DNA of 64,000 nt from a plasmid, in sequence record NZ_CP085281.1; one strand, 5' to 3'. The stretch's first letter is position 1, and every line of letters starts with the position of its first letter. The notes beneath the pieces are model-generated. The model saw only the letters and a list, made by a program, of their open reading frames with translations, did not search any database and was not told where the DNA came from. Positions 29,022 to 38,919 of the stretch are shown here, piece by piece. A program made the position numbers and the translations under genes.

Positions 29022-29900
29022 TCAGGCGGCTTTTGCCGTCTGAGTGAGTCGGTCTTCGAAGTCGACCGGGGCCATCATATCGAGGGCTGAATGGCGTCGG
29101 CGTCGGTTATAGACACGTTCGATCCAATCGCCCACTGCGAGCTTGGCGGCTGCCTTCGTCGGCCATATGTAGCGGTCGTAGAACTCGACTTTTAATGTGG
29201 CCCAGAAAGACTCAGCTGCAGCGTTATCCCAACACACTCCGGTGCGGCCTGAGGAGCGGACCAGGTTGTGCTCGCGGGCGAACCGCGCCAGCTGTGCCGA
29301 GGTGTATTGGCAGCCGCGGTCAGCGTGCAAGATCACCTGATCGCCGAGCTCGCCGCGCATCGTCACGGCCATCTGCACGGCAGCCTGGACCAGATCGGTG
29401 TGCAGGTACTCGTCGATGGCCCAGCCGATCACCCGCCGTGAGCAGCCATCGCGCACCGCGCACAAATAGAGCCAGCCCTCACCCGTGCGCAGGTAGGTGA
29501 TGTCGCTCGTCCACACCCGGTTGAGCGCCCCGATGTCGAAATTGCGCTTCACCAGGTCGTTGGGTACCGGCGCATCCAGGTCGACGACCGTGGTGGCCGG
29601 CGCGAATCGACGCGGGCAGATCCCGGCCAGGCCCTGGCGACGCAGCGAGGCCGCCACCGTTTTGCGTGACACCCGCTCACCGGCGGCGCGCAGGTCGGCG
29701 CAGATGCGCGGGGCGCCGTACACGCCGTCAGAAGCCGTGTGGAACTCGGCGACCTTGGCGTCCAGCTCGCTGCGGCGCTGCTGGGCCGGGCTGGGCCCAC
29801 GGTTGCGGGATTTGCGCCATTGGTAATACCCCGAGCGGGATACCTCCAGCAGTTCGCACATCCGCTTGATCGGGTAGGTGGCCTTCTCCGCCTCGATCAC
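29022..29900 (-). CDS. IS3-family transposase OrfB (integrase core)
   Basis: rve-domain motifs 'WTSDITYLRTGEGWLYLCAVRD..SRRVIGW', 'HADRGCQYTS' and 'ESFWATLKVE'. Confidence 0.85.
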   Translation of the reverse strand: MIEAEKATYPIKRMCELLEVSRSGYYQWRKSRNRGPSPAQQRRSELDAKVAEFHTASDGVYGAPRICADLRAAGERVSRKTVAASLRRQGLAGICPRRFAPATTVVDLDAPVPNDLVKRNFDIGALNRVWTSDITYLRTGEGWLYLCAVRDGCSRRVIGWAIDEYLHTDLVQAAVQMAVTMRGELGDQVILHADRGCQYTSAQLARFAREHNLVRSSGRTGVCWDNAAAESFWATLKVEFYDRYIWPTKAAAKLAVGDWIERVYNRRRRHSALDMMAPVDFEDRLTQTAKAA

Positions 29901-29911
29901 CCGGTAGGCTT

Positions 29912-30211
29912 CTACCGGTTGTGTTCGGAGACGAAGAAGGCCGCGGCTTTTTTCAAAAACTCCCGGTCCAACCGTAATTCAGCGTTTTCGCGGCGCAGCC
30001 GTTCCAACTCTGCGCGTTCATCAGCATCAAGCACCGCGCTAGTATCGCCAGCCGTGACCGCTTCACGTTGGAGGCGCACCCAACGTCCCAACAGTTGTTC
30101 ACCAACACCGATCTCAGCGGCCACATGAGCCACCGGACGGCCAGTCTCAATCACCAGGCGAGCAGCCTGCTCCCGAAACTCCGGGGTGTACTTGCGACGC
30201 TTGCCCGACAT
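29912..30211 (-). CDS. IS3-family transposase OrfA (HTH)
   Basis: 'RRKYTPEFREQAARLV' and the leucine-zipper-like 'ELERLRRENAELRLDREFLKKAAAFF'. Slippery heptamer 'GAAAAAAG' near 29945-29955. Confidence 0.85.
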   Translation of the reverse strand: MSGKRRKYTPEFREQAARLVIETGRPVAHVAAEIGVGEQLLGRWVRLQREAVTAGDTSAVLDADERAELERLRRENAELRLDREFLKKAAAFFVSEHNR

Positions 30212-30450
30212 ACGGACATCCTTCCCGCGGGACCAACGGTCCCACCAGTCGGGTGTCCACCATCAGGGGTCAACCCCATACCCCTGGGTGCGGGCGCGAT
30301 GCTCGTTCATTGCCCGGTGTCGACCCGTCATCTCTCAATTCCCGTCTCACGTCTTCACGTCACCAATCTGACCTTGACCCTATCGAAGACCCTATCGAAT
30401 TAATACCCCAGGAAGGGACGCGGCGGCCAGCTGACACTGAACCATCCCGC

Positions 30451-30483
30451 GTTTGATGCACGTTTGATGCACGTTTGATGAAC
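30451..30483 (+). repeat. three tandem 11-bp direct repeats (gtttgatgcac x3, last copy degenerate)
   Basis: 'cgtttgatgcacgtttgatgcacgtttgatgaac' lies directly upstream of a small ORF and the oxygenase gene. Iteron- or operator-like. Confidence 0.6.
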
Positions 30484-30510
30484 ACTTCTTTTCGTAGGAA
30501 GGTGCATTTC

Positions 30511-30594
30511 ATGACGAGCAAGTACGATGTCGCTTGCCAGGATGAGATCCCCCCTCCCGAGACCGTGGAGGCACGATCTCGGGGCGCCGCTTAG
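30511..30594 (+). CDS. putative 27-aa small ORF (MTSKYDVACQDEIPPPETVEARSRGAA)
   Basis: ATG preceded by GGAAGG. Sits between the iteron and the oxygenase gene. Speculative. Confidence 0.2.
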   Translation: MTSKYDVACQDEIPPPETVEARSRGAA

Positions 30595-31132
30595 TCTTAC
30601 TTAGCACTGCGCCGATGCCGGTCGCCGCCGCCAACCCCGTCCACCACGGGCAGGTGGCGGTGCAACAGCAGCACCTCGACCAGCTCACGGGTTCCCCGGG
30701 CCATCACCGTGAGCACGTCGCGCCGCGGCCCAGAACGCCTCATGGGCGGCGGTGAACACACTCGCGCCGTGTGGCTCACGATGCCATTTCTCGCAGAGAA
30801 AACGGCTTGCAATCATGTTTTACTGTCAGTAAATGCGATGTAGCTGAAACCTCGGCATGCGCGACTGTCCTTGCCTGGTGTCAGGAGGAGGGTTGATGAA
30901 ATGAGTTGCTAGGCAGCAACAAATCTAAACAGCGCGACGAATCGTTGACTGGAATGCTGCTGCTGTTGCGCAGTTCACATTGTTGCTAAAGCCGTGCTGA
31001 AGTCACTCTGGCGGGCAGGAATTTGACCGCGGGAGTGCAGAGGACGCCATGGCCGCCGCTTGACCGTCCTGCCCACGCCGGGCCGCACCCACGTGGGCAG
31101 CCCGCTTCCTTCGATACCGACGGAGGTCACAC

Positions 31133-32474
31133 CATGACCGTGGACATCACCACCGACCCGCCCGCTCAATTGACCGCTCCACGCGCGACCACCGGCACGT
31201 TGGGAGAACTGGACGTCGACATGGTGGCGGCGCTCTGCCGGGCGAGTACTCGGCGGGGATTCAATCCGTTCATCGACATCGACTGGGACGCACCCGAGAA
31301 CCTGTTGGATGCGAACGATCCGCGCTGGCAGCTCGATCCCGCCGTCGCTCCGCTCGCGACGACGTCTTGGTATGCGCAGCAACCACTTCAGCGGCGCATC
31401 GAGATGAGTCGCTGGATCACCGCGAACATCCTCAAGGTCACCCTCCAGTTCGAAATGATGTTGATCCGTGGCGTGATTCACTACGCCGGGACCTTGCCGA
31501 ACGGCTCTGTGGTGTTTCGGTATCTGCTGCACGAGCTGACCGATGAATGCCATCACATCCAAATGTTCCAGGAATTTGTCAACCGCTCGGGCGACGACGT
31601 TCCCGGGATGCGGCGAGGCTCACGGATCTTCGGGCCAATCCTGGGCTTTATTGGCGGCTACGCCAACATCTTTCTGTTCATCGGAGTTCTGTGCGGGGAG
31701 CAGCCTCTGCACTTCCAGCAGACGCTGCAACATCGTGGCTCGACTGCGGTGCCCCCGCTGCTGAACAAGATCACCTCCATTCACCTGGCGGAGGAAGCCC
31801 GGCACATCTCGTTCGCCAACCAGTATCTGGCGCAGCGCGTTGCCGCGGCGGGACGGTGCCGGCGGATGTTGTACGCCTTGGCATTCCCTGTCTACCTTCG
31901 GTGGTTGATCGGCGAAATGATCGCACCACCACGCGCGTTCGCCCGGCAGTTCGGCATTCCCCGGCGCGTGTTCAAGGCCGCCTATTGGCGTAGCGCCCGA
32001 TCGCGGCAGATGTTGGCTGAATCGGCCGCTGACGTGCGGCGCGTCGCCGAAGACCTTGGGCTACGCACGGTCTGGTCACGGTGGCTGTGGTCGCTGCTGG
32101 GTATCGACGGGCGGTTACCGCGGTACCGCGGTGAACCCGATCGGAGTCAACCGTTCATCCGTATGGCAGGGCTGCCAGCAGTGATGTGGCGGCGTGTAGC
32201 GGCCGCGGCGATGATGGCGGGCGTTGCTCTTGCGGCGACACCGGTCGGGTTGCGGATCATCGCGGTGGCCGCGGCCGCAGCAGCAGTGTGGGCGTCCTAC
32301 CATCTGCTGCGGGCCCGTCGCGGTGGTGTGGTGGGCAACCAGCCTTTTGAGTGGCCCAGGCTGGTTGTCTGGGTGGTGGTCTGCGTGGCCATGGTTCCCG
32401 CCGGTGGGTTGATCGGACTGGCGTTGGTGGTGTTCATGATCCTTGCACTCGCCGAATTCATGCCGACGTTATGA
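31133..32474 (+). CDS. AurF-like diiron oxygenase with C-terminal transmembrane segments
   Basis: Paired ExxH motifs 'ELTDECHHIQMF' and 'HLAEEARHISFA'. GGAGG RBS. Hydrophobic C-terminal ~100 aa. The track ORF starts at 31023. Confidence 0.7.
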
Positions 32475-32599
32475 CCGAATTGCCATCCTTACTATGCACG
32501 CGCCGGTCGGCTGACATCGGTTAGCCTAGCTGGCGGTCGCCGGTGCGGGAAAGACGATGGCGGGTGACATCGCCGGAGGAGGCTGCGATGGGCGCGGCG

Positions 32600-33050
32600 C
32601 CGGTGTAGGTGGCGAACGCGTCGGCTGAGCGGAAGCGGGTGAACGGTGCCGACTCGGGCCACGATTTTGGCGGCGTTGAGGACCCCGATTCCGGTGAGCT
32701 CGGTCAGGGTGGTTCCGGATGCTTCGACGGCAGCTGCGATGTCGCCGGCGGCTTTGGCGATGCGACGGTCGAGTGCGCGGATCTCGGCGACGAGGTCAGC
32801 GGCCAGGCTGCGCAGCGTTTGAGGGCGACTTCGCGGGACCGGATCTGGCGCAGGATGTCGGCGGCGCGGTCAGCAGTCAGGCCACGCGCAGCGCCTGACG
32901 GTGTGAGGTGGGTCAGCAGGACGTGCAACCGGTTGAATGGTTTGAGTGCGCGTCTTGACCAGGTCCCCGCGGTGTTCCACCACGGCGCGCAGGGCGGTGA
33001 TGGCCGTGTCGACCGAAGCAGCGTGAAGCCGAGTGGCAGTCCCCCTACCT
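32600..33050 (-). pseudogene. IS110-family transposase internal fragment (frameshifted)
   Basis: Two frames carry 'VEHRGDLVKTRTQTI' and 'NRLHVLLTHLTPSGAARGLTADRAADILRQIR', matching the linker after the DEDD domain of IS110 transposases. Confidence 0.45.
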
Positions 33051-33461
33051 TCAGCGGTTCCGCCCCGCGTGTTTTCGTGGCATCGGAACAACGACGTTGG
33101 TTCCGTAGGTTTCGTGCGTGAGTTCGGTGATCACCGCGGAAAGCGTTCTGATCTTGCTTCTCAGCTGAGCGTTTTCGGCAGCCAATTCCTGGTGGTGATG
33201 ACGGGCCTGTGCAAGTTGTCGTTGCAGTGCCTCGGCATTCGGAGCGACGGGTCCGCACCCGACCGATGCCTTGAACTCGTTCAGCAGGTCGCTGTGATGT
33301 TCGTAGAGTCTCTGCCGTGATATTCCGGATTCGTCAGCCAAGGCCACAATAGTGTGCGCTCCGTTGCTGCGCTCGGCTTGGTTTTCTCGGAGGCGGATCA
33401 TGGCGGCCTGGACCAGCAGTCGTTCCTCATCGTTACGGGTGGCTTTGCGCACGAGAGTCAT
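33051..33461 (-). CDS. small HTH plus coiled-coil protein (TnpC-like accessory protein of recombinase module 1)
   Basis: 'IVALADESGISRQRLYEHH' HTH, then coiled coil 'ELAAENAQLRSKIRTL'. ATGA overlap with upstream recombinase C at 33458-33461. Homologous to 52580..53200. Confidence 0.6.
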   Translation of the reverse strand: MTLVRKATRNDEERLLVQAAMIRLRENQAERSNGAHTIVALADESGISRQRLYEHHSDLLNEFKASVGCGPVAPNAEALQRQLAQARHHHQELAAENAQLRSKIRTLSAVITELTHETYGTNVVVPMPRKHAGRNR

Positions 33462-35596
33462 TCGTTCTCTCCGCCCTGTTGTGGCGTCGGCGGTCGGCTG
33501 GATTCGTGTTCTGCGAGTGCCTTTCGGTGCTCGGTCAGGCGAGTCTGAATTCGTTGCCGCAGCGGTTCGGGGAGTGCGGGGGTAGCCAGGTCTTGTTGGA
33601 GTGCGTTGACATGCTGGCGAAGGTTGGCCGCGTCGCGGTCGGTACGGGCAGCATTGACGCAGCCAAGACGGCACCGACCCCAGGAGGGTTCAGCGGAGCT
33701 GTCAGTAGGGTCAAGACACGCCGCAGTGGCGCGCCGGAACACGCACGTCACGACCGCGCCGTGGTGGATCTGCAAGTCGGGGTTTGATAGTGCGGTGTTG
33801 ATCTGACTCTTGGTGGTGATTGTCAAACCCGCAAATTTCCTTGCTCTGGTGACGCGGGCCCGGTACTCATCGGCAGCCGGACCGGAGACGTGCTCGCCGC
33901 GCTCGAGCCTTTGGGAATCGTCGTGGATGGTCTCAGCGCGGTGGAGAAACTGTTCGAACGTGATCTCGTCGAGAAATCCCGAGTCTGCTCCGCCGGCGTA
34001 ACCTTGAATCAGTTGTGTGTGCAGGTGGCCGTATTGCGTTGCGCCGGCGATCGTTCCGCCAGGCCGCCGCACGATGTGCCAGGCCAGTGTGCGCCGCAGG
34101 CGCGGCACTTGGATCTTGCCCTGCGGATCGGCAGCGATCAGCGGATGGCTGATTGCTGGACAGAGCTCGCGGTTGAACCATTCAATGAATCGTGTGATGT
34201 CGGTGTTAATGGACCCTGGCGTCCTGGTACGGGTGGAGCCGTAGAGGAATCGCTCCTGGGAGCACAAATTGAAGGCTGGGAAGAGGAGGTCGCTGACTGT
34301 GATCTGCCCAAGGACGCTGACGGCATGAGCGGTTTCGTCGGTCACGACCCACGGGACCGTGGCAGGGGATCGGTCCCGGCGCCGGTCATCGGCCTTCAAC
34401 TGGTGGCCGGACATGAATGTCAACGCCAGCTTCGAGTCTCGGGTTATGCAGCCGCGCCGCAGGTTGAGCGCCTCGCCGGTGCGAACACCCGAGAGGTAGG
34501 CGATCACGATGAAACAGGCTGCTGTGACGTGGCGAAGCAGTTCAACGAGTTCCATCGCATCGACGGGGTCTTCACGCCAGGGGCGCGTGCCGATGGCGCT
34601 GAATGTGTTGACGCGCAACATGTCAACTTCGATCGGCAATCCATACTCGGTCAACATGACCGAAGTTTCTTTCATACGTTTCAGTTCGCCGTGGTTCAGC
34701 CATCCGCCCACGGCCAAACCCATCAGATCGACACTGGTAGTTTCGCCCGTCCGGACACCCGGAAGTGAGGCGTCGTTGCGGTCAAGCGCGGCAAGCACGC
34801 AATCGAGTTGCTGCTTGGCGGTCTCGAATACCGACACCGTACGAGCAGGAGCACGGCGGATGTCGGGTGCGATCTGATGGGCTAAGTGACGCATCGCGAG
34901 AAGGTTGCGCGCTGCGGGAAGCAGATCGGCAGCGACCGAATTGGTAACCACCAACGCCGCCGAGAGCAGCGGTTCCATGACGTCGGGATGAATACGAGGG
35001 GTCGTGTTCGGCTTGCCCCAGGATGACTCATAGTTGGCAAGCCCTCGCGCACTCGCACCACCCCACAACGCGCCCGCGGGAAGCCGGCAATGCGCAGGCA
35101 GGACCTCCCGGTACAAGTGCAGACGCTTGATCGCCTGTAGCGCCGAGCGTTTGGATCCGGCGCTGACACCTCTCATTTCGGTGACATGGCGCAGATAGCC
35201 GTTGAGGTGTTCGGTGCTGACCTGCCCGAAGGATGTCACCCCCATCTCCACCAGCCACATCGTGAACCTTCGCAACGGCACCAGCTCACCCCAGATTGTC
35301 TTGATATGCGGATAGAGTGACCGGGCGCCGTCAAGCCGGGGTGCATCGTCAACCACGTTGAGCAAGGCGAACAGGTAGAGCTTGCAGGCGTGGCGAAAAG
35401 GCGTCGGGAACCCATCCCAGTGCACGGCTTGTCCGGCACTGTGCCGGTCCTCGATCGCCGCGGACAGGTCCCACACCGGGTCGCCAAATCGGCACCGGCT
35501 CCCATCGACGTGAAGGGTGCGGTTCAACAAGACCTCGGTGTCGGGGGCGACGTCGACACCGGCCACCAGGTCGAGTGCTACAACTGTTTGCGTCAT
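33458..35596 (-). CDS. large tyrosine recombinase (module 1, gene C, ~712 aa)
   Basis: Catalytic motifs 'YLSGVRTGEALNL', 'RLRRTLAWHI' and 'QYGHLHTQLIQGY' (R..H-R..Y). C-terminal Cys cluster. ATG at 35596 overlaps the stop of B (ATGA). Confidence 0.7.
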   Translation of the reverse strand: MTQTVVALDLVAGVDVAPDTEVLLNRTLHVDGSRCRFGDPVWDLSAAIEDRHSAGQAVHWDGFPTPFRHACKLYLFALLNVVDDAPRLDGARSLYPHIKTIWGELVPLRRFTMWLVEMGVTSFGQVSTEHLNGYLRHVTEMRGVSAGSKRSALQAIKRLHLYREVLPAHCRLPAGALWGGASARGLANYESSWGKPNTTPRIHPDVMEPLLSAALVVTNSVAADLLPAARNLLAMRHLAHQIAPDIRRAPARTVSVFETAKQQLDCVLAALDRNDASLPGVRTGETTSVDLMGLAVGGWLNHGELKRMKETSVMLTEYGLPIEVDMLRVNTFSAIGTRPWREDPVDAMELVELLRHVTAACFIVIAYLSGVRTGEALNLRRGCITRDSKLALTFMSGHQLKADDRRRDRSPATVPWVVTDETAHAVSVLGQITVSDLLFPAFNLCSQERFLYGSTRTRTPGSINTDITRFIEWFNRELCPAISHPLIAADPQGKIQVPRLRRTLAWHIVRRPGGTIAGATQYGHLHTQLIQGYAGGADSGFLDEITFEQFLHRAETIHDDSQRLERGEHVSGPAADEYRARVTRARKFAGLTITTKSQINTALSNPDLQIHHGAVVTCVFRRATAACLDPTDSSAEPSWGRCRLGCVNAARTDRDAANLRQHVNALQQDLATPALPEPLRQRIQTRLTEHRKALAEHESSRPPTPQQGGENE

Positions 35597-37377
35597 GACG
35601 CTTCCAGGTTTCCCGACAGCAAGAGATTGACTGTGCGGTGATCGCTGTCGGTGATCTCGGCTCGCGCGGCGGTCAGCTGGGCCTGCTCGTACTCGGCGAA
35701 AATGTCGTCCAGTTGCGCGAGGGGACCCGCGTGATCGGTGATCCACTGCCCGATGGGCATCTCCTTGCGCAAGTCACGGAGCCGGTCAGCAACGACCAAT
35801 TGAACGGGCAAGTGGCGCGGGAAGGCGCGGGCGTTGCTGCAGTCAAGGCATGCCATAAACGACTGGCGACACCGTTTACCGTCGATCGGCGAGTGCTCAA
35901 AATCGGCGCAATTGCCCAGCACAGCGTCCTGGGCGGATCCGTTGTCGTGGTTGTCCGGATGCACCGTCATCGAGCGCCGGGCCAGCGCTTGTGCTACCTG
36001 CTCATCGAGCGCCTCGGCCACGATCTGGAACCCCTCGTTCCTCACCGACTCCATTCGGCCCAGATAACGAGCCAACGTGGCCGGCGTGTGGGCCGTGGGC
36101 TTTCGGACCTGCTCCAGGTAGGTTTTGCGCAGCCGATCCATACTGATCCCGAGGAGCAAGTCGTCATGCCCGGGATCGCCGGTGAGCCACGGTGCCATCC
36201 AACGCCGTCGAGCGCTGACGCCGGACGCAGTTCTGCTGATGCCGTATCCGAAGGGTTTCTGTTCGACATTGTCTGGCTGGGCACTGTAGTAGACGAAGGC
36301 GTGCTGGCACCCGGTCAGCGTGCGGGCCGGTTCGGTCAGTTCCAGCAGCAGCATGAAGACCCCGTAAGCGGTAGTCAGCGACGTGTTGGCCACGGCGGCG
36401 CGCCGATTGTCGCCACCGTGCGGCATTGGTTCAGGGCGCAGCGCGGTCACTGGCACCGTCATGGCCGACCGGTTCCCACGGCGGGGCTTGTCGGCGTTGA
36501 CGAACACGATGCCGGGCTCGTCTGGGCTGCTGGCTTGTCGGTGTGGGGCGGGCAGCGATTCGAGCGTTGACAGGTTCAGGCCGGTCAGTCCGGATAGGAG
36601 AACAGCGAACGCCCATGCTTCTCCCGGGCTCAAGTGCAGCAACGATTGAAGTCGGCATCCGCCAGCTGCGGTCACCGCGCGCCGCGTCACGAAAGCCCTT
36701 GCACCTGAGGCAGTGCGGGGGAAGTCGCCCTCACGGGCGCAGTGATCAAGCACTTCGGCCAGACTGCGCCCGGGGTGGGCACGGGGTTGATGATCGAACT
36801 GTCCCGCACGATAGTCAGCGACCATCCCCCAATGAGTCCGCAATCGTGCGCGCGCCCGCCGAACTATTCCCCGTGCCACCACGTTGATTCGGCGCATCTC
36901 GTCGGCGGAGTACGGTTGTCGCGCCTTCGCGTTCTTCTGGTGACGCACGCGCGCGAACGCCTGACGTGCCTCATCGGAGACGACAGGACTGCAGCGCAGC
37001 AGCGTCTTGAGGCTCGGTGCGGGGCCAGGGCCGCTGGGTACCCGACACGATAGGGCGAGCAGCCGGGCATCCGAGGCTGACAAATCTGCCAGTCCCCCTA
37101 TTCCTGGACGGTTTTCGGCGAGCCAGCAGCAGGCATGCCGGGCAGCCTGCCACAGCGCCCCAGCCCCCCGCAATCGCTTGGATACGCCCAGCACACCGGT
37201 GGCATCCTCGAACGCGATCGCGAAATCGTGGCGGATTCCGCTGTTGCCCGGCAGGGAACCGAAGTCGAAATCCTTCGACTGAGCACCATCCTCGCTGACG
37301 AACGTCACGATGAGCCCGCGTCGCCGCAATACCGGTCGCCACGCCGGATCCGGCTGCGCCGCGCGGCGACCCGTCAT
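35593..37377 (-). CDS. tyrosine-recombinase-like protein (module 1, gene B; catalytic motifs degenerate)
   Basis: Sits between two bona fide recombinases and is ATGA-coupled at both ends. Has 'LLSGLTGLNLSTL' (box-I-like, lacking R/E), '...RLRKTYLEQ' and a C-terminal Cys cluster 'CADFEH...CRQSFMACLDC'. Confidence 0.55.
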   Translation of the reverse strand: MTGRRAAQPDPAWRPVLRRRGLIVTFVSEDGAQSKDFDFGSLPGNSGIRHDFAIAFEDATGVLGVSKRLRGAGALWQAARHACCWLAENRPGIGGLADLSASDARLLALSCRVPSGPGPAPSLKTLLRCSPVVSDEARQAFARVRHQKNAKARQPYSADEMRRINVVARGIVRRARARLRTHWGMVADYRAGQFDHQPRAHPGRSLAEVLDHCAREGDFPRTASGARAFVTRRAVTAAGGCRLQSLLHLSPGEAWAFAVLLSGLTGLNLSTLESLPAPHRQASSPDEPGIVFVNADKPRRGNRSAMTVPVTALRPEPMPHGGDNRRAAVANTSLTTAYGVFMLLLELTEPARTLTGCQHAFVYYSAQPDNVEQKPFGYGISRTASGVSARRRWMAPWLTGDPGHDDLLLGISMDRLRKTYLEQVRKPTAHTPATLARYLGRMESVRNEGFQIVAEALDEQVAQALARRSMTVHPDNHDNGSAQDAVLGNCADFEHSPIDGKRCRQSFMACLDCSNARAFPRHLPVQLVVADRLRDLRKEMPIGQWITDHAGPLAQLDDIFAEYEQAQLTAARAEITDSDHRTVNLLLSGNLEAS

Positions 37378-38882
37378 ATTCCGACCGTCAACACACGAGA
37401 CTCACCGACGCCAGCTGCTTCGACGAGACGCTCAAGGGATTGCCGATCGTCAGCATCCATCAGCGCGATCAGCTCCTCAACCTGCAACGCCTGAAACGGC
37501 TCAAGATAAACGCTGCGTGTCACCTCAGCACTACGATGTCCAAGAAGTGTTGCCATGAGAAACCAGACATCACCAAGCTGATTGCGGAAGTCCCGCTGCT
37601 CCTGCTTCGTCAACATATCGGTACGGCGCCACGCCACGAAAGTGGCAATGCAATACCACCGCAGCGCAAAGGAATGCCTCAGCATGTGGGGACGGCACCA
37701 CAACGGCGTACCTCCCACTTGCACAATCGCTTTCGCGACCCTGGCGTTCGCGCGGTCGAATGTCTTGTACCAGGAGTGTTTAGGGCGAGGTATCCCGTCG
37801 TGATTCAGCCACATCCACATCGGCTCCAGGCCATCGGGTCCCCTGCGGAACAACTTCATTCGTGTCGACGGCCCGAGTGCGTCCAGGAGGACCGTACGAC
37901 GCGATCCCGTCGCATCAACAACCTCCAGTTGCCCATCCCGCCGAACGCGCTGAACAATCCAATGATCCGCAATGTGCTCATACCGACCAGCACCTTGCGC
38001 GCGGGCGATCGCAGCAGTGCGACTGCCTTCCTGCAGATAGAAGTGAACTTGTTGGGCGACGCGGCGCCGCATCCAGAACGGTCGCCCGCTACCACCCTTC
38101 GCGCAACAAGGCGCCACGCGCGAACGCACAAGCCCCTCAGACCCCGGCTTGGGCACCTCGATGGTTAACATGCTGGCCCACTCGCCGATTCGCAAACCCG
38201 TCCCGAACAACCCCTCAACGAACGCGACATCGCGGTCCTCAGTCACTCCGAGCCAATCCGGACGCGGCACGCCCTCCACCGTGAAACCACGCAACCCCAG
38301 GTTCCGCCACAACCGAAATGCCTGCGGGGTAAGCCACTTCACGTCGGCCCTGCGTATCCCGGAGGGAGTGCTCTCCAACACGACTTTGCCCCCAACCACC
38401 CGCGATGTGGCAATCACACGGGCTCGGACCGGGTTGTCGATTCCGTGCTGCTCGGCGGCCCACAAGTAAAAGCTGCGGATCGCGGCACGATCGACACAGA
38501 AACTATTGGCACTCACATGCTGAGGGTTTTCCTCAGCCGACAACCGCCACTCCTTGAACGCAGCCAGTTCCGATCGCGACGCCTGACCCCATCGAACGCC
38601 CATCGCGTGCAGAAAATCCAGCCACACCTTCAACGACAAGGCATAACGACGCAAAGTCCCCGTTGCTCGTCCCCTCACCAGCGGATCCCGCCAGTAGGCG
38701 TTCACCAACGCATCCGCACGCCCCCACGGATCAACAAAGAACGGAGTGCCATCACGCGCACCGTTTCGCCTCGCCCAGGTCTCGACATCACCCAAACCCG
38801 GAACCACTTCGTCCACCGATACGAACGGCTGGCGGAAATCGTAGAAATGAAGAGTCCAACCATCAGCCGAAGCACCAGCCAT
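37374..38882 (-). CDS. tyrosine recombinase (module 1, gene A, TnpA-like, 502 aa)
   Basis: 'TLRRYALSLKVWLDFL' core-binding region. 'GTGLRIGEW', 'HMLRHSFAL', 'LLGHRS' and 'TRSVYLEP' are R-H-R-Y catalytic motifs. Confidence 0.75.
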   Translation of the reverse strand: MAGASADGWTLHFYDFRQPFVSVDEVVPGLGDVETWARRNGARDGTPFFVDPWGRADALVNAYWRDPLVRGRATGTLRRYALSLKVWLDFLHAMGVRWGQASRSELAAFKEWRLSAEENPQHVSANSFCVDRAAIRSFYLWAAEQHGIDNPVRARVIATSRVVGGKVVLESTPSGIRRADVKWLTPQAFRLWRNLGLRGFTVEGVPRPDWLGVTEDRDVAFVEGLFGTGLRIGEWASMLTIEVPKPGSEGLVRSRVAPCCAKGGSGRPFWMRRRVAQQVHFYLQEGSRTAAIARAQGAGRYEHIADHWIVQRVRRDGQLEVVDATGSRRTVLLDALGPSTRMKLFRRGPDGLEPMWMWLNHDGIPRPKHSWYKTFDRANARVAKAIVQVGGTPLWCRPHMLRHSFALRWYCIATFVAWRRTDMLTKQEQRDFRNQLGDVWFLMATLLGHRSAEVTRSVYLEPFQALQVEELIALMDADDRQSLERLVEAAGVGESRVLTVGI

Positions 38883-38919
38883 CCCCGGCCCCCTCGCCTC
38901 ACGAACATTGCCCCCATCA

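Larger units (their letters stand above)
28998..30272 (-). mobile_element. IS3-family insertion sequence
   Basis: ~21-bp imperfect terminal inverted repeats: 'ttgaccccgtttagtggacac' at 28997-29017 versus rc of 30253-30273 'ttgacccctgatggtggacac'. orfA and orfB carry an A-AAA-AAG slippery site. Confidence 0.8.

Noticed and set aside
28997-30273. Target-site duplication flanking the IS3 element
   Set aside because: The flanks (gct/ggc versus acc/ccc) do not match, so no TSD is claimed.
32504-32520. 'gccggtcggctg' near 32.5 kb as a third copy of the CTTTWCCGACCG terminal repeat
   Set aside because: It shares only the ccggtcgg core and lacks the CTTT/AAAG part. Judged coincidental in GC-rich DNA.
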